From a virus (taxonomy: Duplodnaviria > Caudoviricetes), in the IMG/VR virus record IMGVR_UViG_3300011116_001123, positions 24,931-88,930 of that record: a stretch of DNA of 64,000 nucleotides; one strand, written 5' to 3'. The translations under genes were made by a program, and so were the position numbers. Every line of letters starts with the position of its first letter. Within the stretch, counting starts at the first letter, position 1. Of the stretch, positions 55,241 through 64,000 are shown one piece after another. The notes under the pieces are model-generated. The model was not told where the DNA came from, searched no databases, and worked only from the letters and a program-made list of their open reading frames with translations.

Positions 55241-55813
55241 TTAAACTGGTGACTCTGCAGTCTTTTTTCTATTAGCCAAAACTTTACCCCATTTGGATTT
55301 AAATTTCTGGTAAAATTGTTGAAGTTTATTAATTAAGTCCAAGAACTCTTGGTCAACTTTAATCATTTCTCCGTTAATATAAATTCCACTGTCTTCTCCG
55401 ATCGTGAAGATAAAATCGATATCTTCATCGATAAGTTTACCTGACCACTCAACACTATTTTTATATACGTTCAAAGTGTTGAAGTCAACTAAATCAGAAA
55501 CCTCTTCAACGAATTCATCCATAGTCTCTTGGAATGCAACCTTTTCGTCAGTGGTGATGTCCAAATCACTTCTGTCCTTACCATGAAGTTTTAAGATACC
55601 ACCAGAAATTCTATATTTTTGGGATTTGTCTTTCGGAGTTGGTTCTTCGCCAGCCTCAACCTCAGTCTCAGCGGTATCATATTCAACATCTTGAGCAATT
55701 CTGCTCTCAACATCTTTAGCAACGTTTATTTGTCCGTCTTGCTCAAAGAGTAATTTAGACTTCTTTAATAGAGATTTAATCTCGTCGTACCTTTCGTTAT
55801 GCAAATTGCTCAT
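55241..55813 (-). CDS. Leader-bearing hypothetical protein
   Basis: ..YDEIKSLLKKSKLLFEQ N-terminus. Confidence 0.7.
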   Translation of the reverse strand: MSNLHNERYDEIKSLLKKSKLLFEQDGQINVAKDVESRIAQDVEYDTAETEVEAGEEPTPKDKSQKYRISGGILKLHGKDRSDLDITTDEKVAFQETMDEFVEEVSDLVDFNTLNVYKNSVEWSGKLIDEDIDFIFTIGEDSGIYINGEMIKVDQEFLDLINKLQQFYQKFKSKWGKVLANRKKTAESPV

Positions 55814-56402
55814 TTTCCAAAAATTTAATAAAGGTTTCGAAGTTGAATGATGGACTTAAGTCTGTGAATATGGAGTCATAGTTACTTCTCGAACAAATAC
55901 CCTCGAAGTTTTCTATACCATCCACTTTCGTGTTATGACCTACACACGTCTTTTCAATCTGAAGAGTATCTGTCAAATACTTACACAACTCAGCAGTCGT
56001 TTGAATTTGCTCAGGAGTGTAAGGTTGCCAAAAATAATAGTCCCTCCATTTTTTTTCGTAAACCTGTTGATTATAAATACTTCCTTTCCAGTTAATATAA
56101 TGATTGGATAATGGTTTCTTTTCCAACCAACCCAAATTCTCCAACATGACAATTATTGAAAGTTTGTTTGTGATGTGGTCATTGAAGAAATTACTGTGTC
56201 CTTCATTGGATAATAATTGTAATACCCTTCCATCTCGAGTCACAACATAGTTTGGTATTTTATCGTATTTGGTATTGTACCTAAACGTAAGGGAAGCCAA
56301 GTATTCCTCGACTTCCCTTGAAGTATGACACAAAATTATTTGCGTCTTTTGTTTGTATTTTCCTGTTGGTTTGAATTTTCCGTATCTTTCAATATTAACC
56401 AT
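55797..56402 (-). CDS. N-acetylmuramoyl-L-alanine amidase (amidase_2-like)
   Basis: IILCHT, Y.V.RDG.V.QL, YT.EQ and VGHN motifs. Confidence 0.75.
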   Translation of the reverse strand: MVNIERYGKFKPTGKYKQKTQIILCHTSREVEEYLASLTFRYNTKYDKIPNYVVTRDGRVLQLLSNEGHSNFFNDHITNKLSIIVMLENLGWLEKKPLSNHYINWKGSIYNQQVYEKKWRDYYFWQPYTPEQIQTTAELCKYLTDTLQIEKTCVGHNTKVDGIENFEGICSRSNYDSIFTDLSPSFNFETFIKFLENEQFA

Positions 56403-57117
56403 GACTTCTTAAATAACTGAGTCTTTTTACTTCGGAATCATTAGATTCTTCGTCTTGAGGAGCTTCTTCAACTTCGTTTACTAAAACTCCAAATTTTTGT
56501 TCATTCAGTTTTCTTAATTCATCTTCCAACTTTTCCAATTCTTCTTTAGTTGGTGTGTATTTTTCTTTATCGACCTCAGCTTCCATCTTTCCAGCTTGAA
56601 TACTTAGTTGGTCAATATCCAAAACTTGAGGTTGTGCAGTAGGTGTCTTTTTCTTTTCCTCTTCTTCAAACTTAACTAACATGTGTAAGAATGAAAGAGA
56701 AATTATCGGTAACATACCTCCAGCGAATAACGCTAAAAATCTTTTATGACCAACAAAATCTCCAGACTCAACACCCAAATAACTAACAAAAGGATCGACT
56801 AAATCAACCCAGTCCTTGAATGATGTTGAGTTAACATCAATATATTGATACGCAAAGAAAATATTTCCAATGAATTGGATAAGCGTCACAATACCAAAAG
56901 GAAAATATACTTTAGATCCCATCTGCGCTGAGATAGCCGCTAATGCAGAAAGTGCCGCAATTTCAATACCTACTGACAAATAAATCGCCCAACTTAGAGG
57001 ATTTGATAATCCATACCAAGAAGTTACGTGAGATATAGATACAAATGCTACGGTTAAGATTGGAACTAAAAAGGACACATAAATTATTGTCCTGAAATTC
57101 TTCTGAACCCAATTCAT
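56395..57117 (-). CDS. Four-TM membrane protein (holin candidate)
   Basis: TM segments with charged C-tail, directly upstream of the amidase. Confidence 0.6.
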   Translation of the reverse strand: MNWVQKNFRTIIYVSFLVPILTVAFVSISHVTSWYGLSNPLSWAIYLSVGIEIAALSALAAISAQMGSKVYFPFGIVTLIQFIGNIFFAYQYIDVNSTSFKDWVDLVDPFVSYLGVESGDFVGHKRFLALFAGGMLPIISLSFLHMLVKFEEEEKKKTPTAQPQVLDIDQLSIQAGKMEAEVDKEKYTPTKEELEKLEDELRKLNEQKFGVLVNEVEEAPQDEESNDSEVKRLSYLRSHG

Positions 57118-57401
57118 TTTCTTTGTGATTTAAGTTTTTTAATCTCCTCTTCGATTTCAGTTTGTCTTCTGACATCGAATAATTTTCTATCGGTAGCTTG
57201 AATCATTCTTTTTTCTGCTTCCAATCCTGAGATTTGTAATTCAATGTTTAGTTCTTGTTTGGTATATGTTGAGTCTTTGATTGCGGTAATCTCTTGTCTT
57301 ACTTTGGTTAACTCTCTTGAATCACCACAAGACTTGAATAGTGTGAGTAGTGTAATCACTAATACGATTATAACAAAGTTGTTTTCAATAAATTTTTTCA
57401 T
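57114..57401 (-). CDS. Lipoprotein-like coiled-coil protein
   Basis: Hydrophobic N-terminus followed by KSC. Confidence 0.55.
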   Translation of the reverse strand: MKKFIENNFVIIVLVITLLTLFKSCGDSRELTKVRQEITAIKDSTYTKQELNIELQISGLEAEKRMIQATDRKLFDVRRQTEIEEEIKKLKSQRK

Positions 57402-57433
57402 AACAATTTTATTTTGATTTATCCTTAAAATAT

Positions 57434-57462
57434 AAAAGGTGTATTAAATAAATACACCCTTT
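57434..57462 (-). terminator. Terminator-like hairpin after the sigma gene
   Basis: GGTGTATT/AATACACC stem. Confidence 0.6.
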
Positions 57463-57470
57463 ATTCCAAT

Positions 57471-58268
57471 TTACAGATAGTCAAAAAGAATACCTGTTTC
57501 GTTTCGTAACTTTCTCAGAGCTTTTTCTTTGATTTGTCTCACTCTTTCTTTGGTCAAATCGAAGTCACTTCCGATGTCCTCGAGGGTTCTAGTTGAACCT
57601 GATAACCCGAAATAATCCTCGATGATGACCTTTTCTCTCTCGTCCAAAACATCCAACATATTCAAAAGTTTTTCTTTCAGCGTGTCTTCAGTAGACAAAT
57701 TTTTATCCGCCAAATCAGCATTAGGATTCACCAAAATATCCAACAATGTATCACCCTCTTCATTAAGTGGATTGTCCAAGTTGATTGTATATGGAAGATT
57801 CACCATCTTTTCAGGTAATTCAACGCCAGCCTTTTCAAGTTCCTTCTTAGCTTTATGAAGTTCTTGAACAACGTTAACTGGAAGACGAATGGTTCTTGCG
57901 TTCTCATTAAGAGATTGCAAGATAGATTGTCTAACCCACCATACCGCATATGAAATGAATCTCAATCTTTTAGTCCAATCAAAGTTTTCTATCGCTTTCA
58001 TCAAACCAAGATTACCTTCCGCAATCAAATCACACAAATCCAAACCTTGATTTTGGTATTGCTTTGATACAGTGATAACAAAACGCAAATTACCTTCCAA
58101 CAATTCTTTTTGGATTTCTTTCTTCTCGTCTTCAGTGATAACTCCCGACAACATTCTCTCAGCAAGTTCACGCTCTCTTTCAGGAGTCATGACCTTTATC
58201 TTTCGAATGTCTTTTAAGTAATGACTGATCTCTTCTTGATTAATTGGAATTGAAGATTTTTCTTTCAT
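57471..58268 (-). CDS. RNA polymerase sigma-70 factor (RpoD/SigA-like, no region 1.1)
   Basis: NLRFVI, DLIAEGNLGL, RFISYAVWWVRQSI and TLEDIG..LTKERVRQI motifs. Confidence 0.92.
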   Translation of the reverse strand: MKEKSSIPINQEEISHYLKDIRKIKVMTPERERELAERMLSGVITEDEKKEIQKELLEGNLRFVITVSKQYQNQGLDLCDLIAEGNLGLMKAIENFDWTKRLRFISYAVWWVRQSILQSLNENARTIRLPVNVVQELHKAKKELEKAGVELPEKMVNLPYTINLDNPLNEEGDTLLDILVNPNADLADKNLSTEDTLKEKLLNMLDVLDEREKVIIEDYFGLSGSTRTLEDIGSDFDLTKERVRQIKEKALRKLRNETGILFDYL

Positions 58269-58269
58269 A

Positions 58270-58824
58270 TTAGTTATTGCTGTAGTTTTGAAGTAAAGTT
58301 AATTCGTATTTGGTAAGGGAGTCCATACCCAAGACATTAATCTTATCCAAGATAGTATCTAAAGTTGTTTTGGGGGTTGGACTACTCATCCAATGTGGAA
58401 GCTTAGACTTAATCTCTGAATGAAATTCGTTTGAAAAACTGATATCGATATCATCCTCATCCAAATCATCATACAAATCAGTGTTCTCGATTACACCTTT
58501 CATGTCGATGGAATAGTCATTTTCATGGCCAGGGTTATCCAAATCAAATAAGTGTCCAGACTTTTTGAAAGGGACATGAACTGACACTTTGTCAGAAACT
58601 TCTGTCAAAATTAGTATTTCACTATCAACATGAATGAGACCCGTGATGTATTCAAAGATTTCGTCTTTAGGAACATCTGTCGCGAAATGCATCATTACAA
58701 TTCCTCCTCCGAACTGATACTTCATATTTGGTGAGTCCACCAATGGTGCGACTGCCATTACCAATTGATTACAACTTTCGTCGGTGATGAAATTACCGAT
58801 AACTGTAGCTAAATAGTTTGTCAT
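58270..58824 (-). CDS. Hypothetical protein
   Basis: C-terminal LD.ILDKI...G..SLT..E; TATCTTTG at 58843-58850. Confidence 0.7.
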   Translation of the reverse strand: MTNYLATVIGNFITDESCNQLVMAVAPLVDSPNMKYQFGGGIVMMHFATDVPKDEIFEYITGLIHVDSEILILTEVSDKVSVHVPFKKSGHLFDLDNPGHENDYSIDMKGVIENTDLYDDLDEDDIDISFSNEFHSEIKSKLPHWMSSPTPKTTLDTILDKINVLGMDSLTKYELTLLQNYSNN

Positions 58825-58839
58825 GTTTTTGATTATTTT

Positions 58840-59340
58840 TTACAAAGATACTGATTTAATATTACTAACAAAATAAACTCGTCCTTTAGTTCCCGAATGT
58901 TGCTCATACCATCTACCATCTTTATCTTTCCAAACATAAGGATTGGTAGGGTCAACATTCCATCTATACTGTGAATAGAAGTCGAAGTCTTTTTTTAATA
59001 GATTGGATTTGTGTGAGTCATGAAACTTTTGGTTACCAAACCAATCAGGATAATCCACCACCTCATCAATGTCTTCCCTGTCCATTGTGTTCTTAAACCC
59101 ACGACTAACCCACTCATCAATACTCGCATTCAAGTACATCTTAAGAAGTGACACATGGTTTCTCCACATAACAGAGCATGGATGGTTAATCCACCCTTTG
59201 TAGGGGGTACCATCCAACTTTGGTCTGCCAGTGATTGCACTAATAATTTGATAGGTTTCAACTCGTTGTTTTCCAAGTCTCTTGTCATCAAGGACTCTGA
59301 GTGATTCGGTTAAATCTGCGTATGGTAGGAATGTTTGCAT
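58840..59340 (-). CDS. Pyrimidine-dimer DNA glycosylase-like (MSMEG_6728 family)
   Basis: MQTFLPY, LD.KRLGKQRVE, HP...MW and SH.SNL motifs; TATCTTTG 59345-59352. Confidence 0.8.
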   Translation of the reverse strand: MQTFLPYADLTESLRVLDDKRLGKQRVETYQIISAITGRPKLDGTPYKGWINHPCSVMWRNHVSLLKMYLNASIDEWVSRGFKNTMDREDIDEVVDYPDWFGNQKFHDSHKSNLLKKDFDFYSQYRWNVDPTNPYVWKDKDGRWYEQHSGTKGRVYFVSNIKSVSL

Positions 59341-59367
59341 ACCACAAAGATATAAATTAATTTGATA

Positions 59368-59841
59368 TTAGCTCAACATTAAATTCGATAATCCATCTAT
59401 TTTAATTTTACAAGCCAAATAACTCTCGTAATTCAAATATGTTGGATTTTGTTTTGCAACAACTGTAACCTTACTATGTTCATCTTTCGATAACTTAACA
59501 GTAGAGCAATACTTTTTCAAAATTTGGATGAACTTACTCAATTCCATATTCTCATCCCTATCCAACTCAGAAAAGATAAATTTCATTGCCTTACTTCTTT
59601 GAATGAAGTGGTCATCAACCAACTCAGATAACTCCATATTTTTTGCGGACTCAGACATTAATCCAGTCTTGAAAAATTTACAGTTAGTTACATCCCAAAT
59701 CGGATTTCTGTTTCTAACAAAAAACTGTCTTAACTTAGTTTCATCACCTTTAATACTTCTATAACGTATCAGTAATACCTTGAAATCTTCCAAAGTTTCC
59801 TCGATTTTGAATAATTGATTATGATTTAGATCTCCTTTCAT
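59368..59841 (-). CDS. Hypothetical protein (DH..EH motif, possibly HNH-like)
   Basis: Start moved to MKGDL, behind a host-type promoter. Confidence 0.65.
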   Translation of the reverse strand: MKGDLNHNQLFKIEETLEDFKVLLIRYRSIKGDETKLRQFFVRNRNPIWDVTNCKFFKTGLMSESAKNMELSELVDDHFIQRSKAMKFIFSELDRDENMELSKFIQILKKYCSTVKLSKDEHSKVTVVAKQNPTYLNYESYLACKIKIDGLSNLMLS

Positions 59842-59846
59842 AAACA

Positions 59847-59878
59847 CAAAGATAATGGTTTTATTTTATACTGTCAAA
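59847..59878 (-). promoter_or_regulatory. Bacteroidetes sigma-A-type promoter
   Basis: TTTG-N20-TATCTTTG. Confidence 0.75.
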
Positions 59879-59880
59879 TT

Positions 59881-59906
59881 AAAAACCCCACCGTTGAAGG
59901 TGGGGT
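59881..59906 (-). terminator. Intrinsic terminator
   Basis: ACCCCACC/GGTGGGGT stem plus T-run. Confidence 0.8.
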
Positions 59907-59912
59907 CTATTA

Positions 59913-62321
59913 CTACTTCTTCAAGAAACCAAGTTCATACACCAATGGTCTCATTCTATCTTCAAGGTTCTTATACAACTTACGGAACTCTTTGAAATCT
60001 TCTTGAAAATATTCTTTCCAAACTAATTTGAGTTGAGCATATCCTGCGTCCCACGAGTTAAGGTGGTTTTCTTCGTTTGCCATAACTTGACGAAGTTCCA
60101 TAGATTTCTCAACAAGTTCTGTAGCTTTATCCAAAACTAATTTTGCATCAGGAGAAAGTTTACCATAAATTCTTTCTTCACCAAATAGAAGTTTGTGAAC
60201 ATAACGATTGGGAGATGTTCTCGCGTCGTTGTAAAGTTCATCATATCCGTTTTGGTCCGCAAGTTCTTTCATCTTGTCCACCGACATCCAAAAAAACTCA
60301 TTTTTGACATCCCATAACTTTTCTTTATATTCTACCCCCCGAAGTGAAGACTGTTGTGAGGAATTATTGAACAATGAATAAACTAAAGAATCATATTTGA
60401 AAGAAACCCTCTCGAAGTTTTCATTCGGTTCAAAATATTCGTCTTTTTGATTGTACCAAGTGGGATTAATTACTTTCCTCGCAGTGAATGTTGAAATCAC
60501 ATTGAAGAAATTATCGGACTTAATAGGATAAGATCTGTTATTTCCACTCATCATTTTGGTAGACCCAATAAAAACTTCTCTTGTATTGAAATAAGTGTTA
60601 TTTCCTGAATTCAAAAACTCTCCAATCGAGTTCTCTTCACGATAGTTTTCATAATCTTTTATTGAAAATGCTGAAGTAAGGGTCAATGTCTCAATTTTGG
60701 GAGATTTAATTTTCGTTTTAGTCCATTCTTTTAATGAGTGTTTTTTCGAGTGGGGATAAATAACTTTATCATCAATAGATATAATTTCTAAACTTTCATT
60801 CAATTCTAATACTTCGAACAATAATTGATTATCGTTCTTGGTATTTTTCCAAACACTGAACGAAAGGCCCCATTCTGAAACATCATCGAAGTTTTTAGCA
60901 TTCATTATAAAACCTTTTTCAAACTGAAAATTTTGATAAAAATGTTCCCTAAATAAAGAATAATCCGAACCCGACATGAAAAGCATGGGGCTAAACGTAC
61001 ATATATTTATTTTGCAGTTAAAACTTGAAAGTCGATACATGAACTGAGTAAACATATTTTTTTGAGATTTACCCAATTTCACATCAATCATTTCTTTATG
61101 AACCTTAGAAACTTCATTTTTTTTAACTTTTTTTTCTTCAGACTTTATATTTCTCAAATCATTCTCAGTACCATAAGGAGGATTCATTAATACAATAATA
61201 TCTTTACCACTTCCTATCGCGTTTCTCAATCCGATAGGAAGTTTTTCATAATCATCATTCAAGAAATCATATTGAAACTTAACCGCTTCATTATTATATC
61301 CCATCTGATTTGCAGTATCAATATCAGATTGATTCAAAGTTGAAACATAAAGTTCTTTGAACTTGAAGTCACGGGTAAGATTACCTGTTCCCCAAGCTGG
61401 ATCCCATACCACATATTTCTCTTTCCAATCCTCACCGAATACTGACGCGACATACTCATGGGCTTTATCCACCCAAATTGCAGGTGTGAAGAACTCACCT
61501 TGTTTACGACGAGTAGTATCTTCGACAATACGATCAACCACCGCCGCCAACTTATGCTTCTGTGATGGTGTATAAGATGATGAGAAGTGACCGAAAAACG
61601 ATTCAAAAGCATCTCTCGATACAATGGATAGTTCACCAAAAGATTTGGTTACAACGGTCTTTCTTTTAGTTACAGGATGAAGATAGTTGTCATCTTTGTT
61701 TACCAAGATTTGGACGAATAGATTAGCTCTTTCGTTCGTAGTCAATTTGTTTTTACCCAATACTTTCTCATCAAAGTAACGAAATACCTCAGTGATATTT
61801 TTATCAGTAACAAGAACTCTTCGTTGAACATTATCGGTCAAGTCTTTAACTTTTTGAACACATTCCATAAAGTCGTCAGAACTGTAAACAAATGGTCTGA
61901 TTGACTCATCTTTCATCATTGCCAAAACTAATTCAGCAATGTTATGAGCAGAGGAAGGTGCGGTATTCCAATTCAAGTCCATTTCAAGATACTTGATTAC
62001 ATCATTAACGTGTAACGTGAGGCATTCATTTCTATCCCCAATGAAAATTGTGGTAGGTGGAATAATTCCCTTGTCATAAAAACGCTTGATATAAAACACA
62101 GATTGAGCAAGAACCTTCACCAAATCTGACTTATTAGAAAGATTGATGTCATCCTTGTACTCCATGAGAACTCTTACCTTATCAGATTTTGAAACACCAA
62201 ACCCATCACAACCAAAGGGTGACGTGATTTCCATGTCCTTAAATCTTTTAAGGAAGTAGTGACGGTAGGAGTTTTCAACATCCTTCTCATTGTAGGCAAT
62301 ATTCAGATTATTTGTCATCAT
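59913..62321 (-). CDS. Type IIG-like endonuclease/N6-adenine methyltransferase fusion
   Basis: N-terminal E..CDG..LMEYK; GEFFTP, WDPAWGTG and NPPYG motifs. Confidence 0.75.
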   Translation of the reverse strand: MMTNNLNIAYNEKDVENSYRHYFLKRFKDMEITSPFGCDGFGVSKSDKVRVLMEYKDDINLSNKSDLVKVLAQSVFYIKRFYDKGIIPPTTIFIGDRNECLTLHVNDVIKYLEMDLNWNTAPSSAHNIAELVLAMMKDESIRPFVYSSDDFMECVQKVKDLTDNVQRRVLVTDKNITEVFRYFDEKVLGKNKLTTNERANLFVQILVNKDDNYLHPVTKRKTVVTKSFGELSIVSRDAFESFFGHFSSSYTPSQKHKLAAVVDRIVEDTTRRKQGEFFTPAIWVDKAHEYVASVFGEDWKEKYVVWDPAWGTGNLTRDFKFKELYVSTLNQSDIDTANQMGYNNEAVKFQYDFLNDDYEKLPIGLRNAIGSGKDIIVLMNPPYGTENDLRNIKSEEKKVKKNEVSKVHKEMIDVKLGKSQKNMFTQFMYRLSSFNCKINICTFSPMLFMSGSDYSLFREHFYQNFQFEKGFIMNAKNFDDVSEWGLSFSVWKNTKNDNQLLFEVLELNESLEIISIDDKVIYPHSKKHSLKEWTKTKIKSPKIETLTLTSAFSIKDYENYREENSIGEFLNSGNNTYFNTREVFIGSTKMMSGNNRSYPIKSDNFFNVISTFTARKVINPTWYNQKDEYFEPNENFERVSFKYDSLVYSLFNNSSQQSSLRGVEYKEKLWDVKNEFFWMSVDKMKELADQNGYDELYNDARTSPNRYVHKLLFGEERIYGKLSPDAKLVLDKATELVEKSMELRQVMANEENHLNSWDAGYAQLKLVWKEYFQEDFKEFRKLYKNLEDRMRPLVYELGFLKK

Positions 62322-62370
62322 GAAGCTAATGTAATTATATTTGATTTAGATACCAAAAAAAATCTCACAA

Positions 62371-64000
62371 TTATTGTGAGACTTTTGAAATGTTGTCAAT
62401 CTTATTAATCCTGACCGTATTATTTGCCCAGTTGTTGACTAATGGGTTGTGAGTAATAACGAATATCTTTTCAAAATAGTTCTTCATCTTAGAAAAAAAT
62501 TCACCAACCATTTCCAAGTTGTCATTAGATATCTTTCCGAATACCTCATCCCATACGATTATATTCGGTTTTGGTAATGAACATACTTTGGATAATACAG
62601 CTCTTAACGCCATCGCAGCGATCGTTCGTTCATAACCAGATCCTGAGACCATCAGTTTTTCAATATCAGTAGAATTGTCAATCATCATGAACTCCACCTC
62701 ATTCTTGTCATTGATACGAATCTCCAAGTTGAAGTAAGCAGAGTCCTGTAGGAGTCTCTGAAGTTCTGAGTTGATTAACGGCATCATGGTTTTCATAATC
62801 ATTTTGGTGATACCATTCTTACCATAGACTTCGACATAGATTTTGTAAATCTTCTCCCTTTCGAACTCTTCAGCAATTTTCAAGATGAGTTCATTGTTTT
62901 TTTCGATTCTTGATTCAAGAGTTTCAATACGAGTTGAGTTTGTGTTCTGAACCTTCTCATACCCCCTCTTCTCATTAATCAATTCGTCAATACGTAATCC
63001 CGCCTTTAACAACTGAGCGTCAATCTCATTGTTCTTCTTGATTTTGTCTTGGACTTCCTCATACCTTTTGAGTTTATCTTTGACTTGTTCCAATTTAAGT
63101 TGAGTGGATTCCAAAGATAACTCATATTTTTCTTTTATGAGTTTGTTTCTCTCATACTCATCAAAATCTTTTTTGAGTTGTGTGAAGGATTGTTCTTTCT
63201 TTTCGTACCCATCGATTTCTTCTTTGAAGTCTTGAACTAGTCTTTTGAATGAGTCTAGTTGTTTAATCTTTTCATTGGTCAACTTAGCCTCCATCAATTT
63301 GATTCCACAATGTTCGCATTGGATTCCATCACCATATTTTTCAATAAGGTCTTGAATTTCCTCAACTTTGTTCTCACAAGTGACCAGTTCGGCGAATCTA
63401 GATTTGATTATCTCTTTTACGTTATCATGTTTGTCCTCATGATAGAATTCTTTGGGCTCAACAATCTTAACCTCTTTGATAAGTCTAATTGTCTTTTCTT
63501 CAGACTCCTCAAGGTCAGAAATTTCTGATTGTAACTTAATCGGATTCAAAGTAATAAGTTCTTTATCCAAATCAGTAAATTTGGATTTTAACAAATTGTC
63601 TTTATACTCTTGTCCTTTCTGAAGTCTTTTGTCGACATCTGAGATGTTTTTTGACATCTCGATAATCTCATCCTTCATCCGAATAATCTCCTCACCAGAG
63701 GTCTCATTATCCTGTTTAAGAGACTCCGTATTATAGACGTTAGAAATCATCCCCTTCGAGAACTCAGAATAAATTTCTTTTCCTGTTTCTTCTTTTTTCT
63801 TGAGGAATTCTAATCCGAGAAATCTGCTTAATACCTGTCCACGAGCAGTCGGTTTTGCCTCCAACAAATCTTCAAGATTGGATGCGGTTGTAACAATGGT
63901 CATCAAAAAGTCTTCCATACTTCCGATGGATTTCTTCATGAAGTTTTCTGTCTCACGTCTTTGTTCACCGGTAAAGTTTTGAAGTTGACCATCAGCAAGT
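62371..64000 (-). CDS. SbcC/Rad50/gp46-like recombination ATPase (5' end outside window)
   Basis: Coiled coil, CEHC zinc hook, SGYE signature, IVWDE Walker B, VITH. Confidence 0.88.
   Translation of the reverse strand, partial: LADGQLQNFTGEQRRETENFMKKSIGSMEDFLMTIVTTASNLEDLLEAKPTARGQVLSRFLGLEFLKKKEETGKEIYSEFSKGMISNVYNTESLKQDNETSGEEIIRMKDEIIEMSKNISDVDKRLQKGQEYKDNLLKSKFTDLDKELITLNPIKLQSEISDLEESEEKTIRLIKEVKIVEPKEFYHEDKHDNVKEIIKSRFAELVTCENKVEEIQDLIEKYGDGIQCEHCGIKLMEAKLTNEKIKQLDSFKRLVQDFKEEIDGYEKKEQSFTQLKKDFDEYERNKLIKEKYELSLESTQLKLEQVKDKLKRYEEVQDKIKKNNEIDAQLLKAGLRIDELINEKRGYEKVQNTNSTRIETLESRIEKNNELILKIAEEFEREKIYKIYVEVYGKNGITKMIMKTMMPLINSELQRLLQDSAYFNLEIRINDKNEVEFMMIDNSTDIEKLMVSGSGYERTIAAMALRAVLSKVCSLPKPNIIVWDEVFGKISNDNLEMVGEFFSKMKNYFEKIFVITHNPLVNNWANNTVRINKIDNISKVSQ

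Noticed and set aside
57471-58268. Bacterial chromosome origin of the window (sigma, dnaJ, trxA, DnaA boxes)
   Set aside because: No housekeeping operons; gp46-like, DUF932, DUF3310 and lysis genes plus dense small ORFans indicate a large phage.
251-63982. Many short antisense or out-of-frame ORFs in the track (e.g. 251-490, 3329-3724, 13692-14099, 52452-52877)
   Set aside because: They are shadows of longer genes with recognisable motifs.
1-64000. Alternative genetic code (stop-codon reassignment)
   Set aside because: Long intact ORFs in code 11; TAG and TGA end genes at sensible operon junctions.

Overview
This 64-kb window is AT-rich, densely coding and mostly minus-strand. It looks like part of a large tailed (jumbo/huge) phage genome in the standard genetic code. 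The host is most likely Bacteroidetes, based on TAnnTTTG/TTTG promoters, a Bacteroidetes-style sigma factor and an Hc1-like protein. Recognisable genes include an SbcC/gp46 ATPase, three DNA methyltransferases (one type IIG-like), UmuC/UmuD-like proteins, DnaJ, thioredoxin and glutaredoxin, SpeD, CysC, Nudix and DHH enzymes, a GH24 lysozyme, an amidase/lysis block, a GT/SGNH cluster and a T3-like SAM lyase. Three unexplained structures stand out. (1) About 25 otherwise unrelated proteins carry a few families of swappable N-terminal leaders, most ending in [ILV]-x-E(Q), and they sit behind a conserved TATTTAT motif. This resembles a greatly expanded T4-type capsid-targeting system for injected cargo. 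(2) A largely non-coding island at about 12.96-15.27 kb holds host-chromosome-type sites: five perfect DnaA boxes, a dif-like XerCD site, MraZ-like 10-bp-phased GTGG repeats, CsoR-like palindromes and a G-quadruplex tract. (3) There is a structured candidate ncRNA at about 32.6-32.73 kb and a four-copy intergenic repeat at 8.3-11.8 kb. No tRNA, rRNA or CRISPR array was seen. All family assignments come from motifs read by eye, not from database searches.
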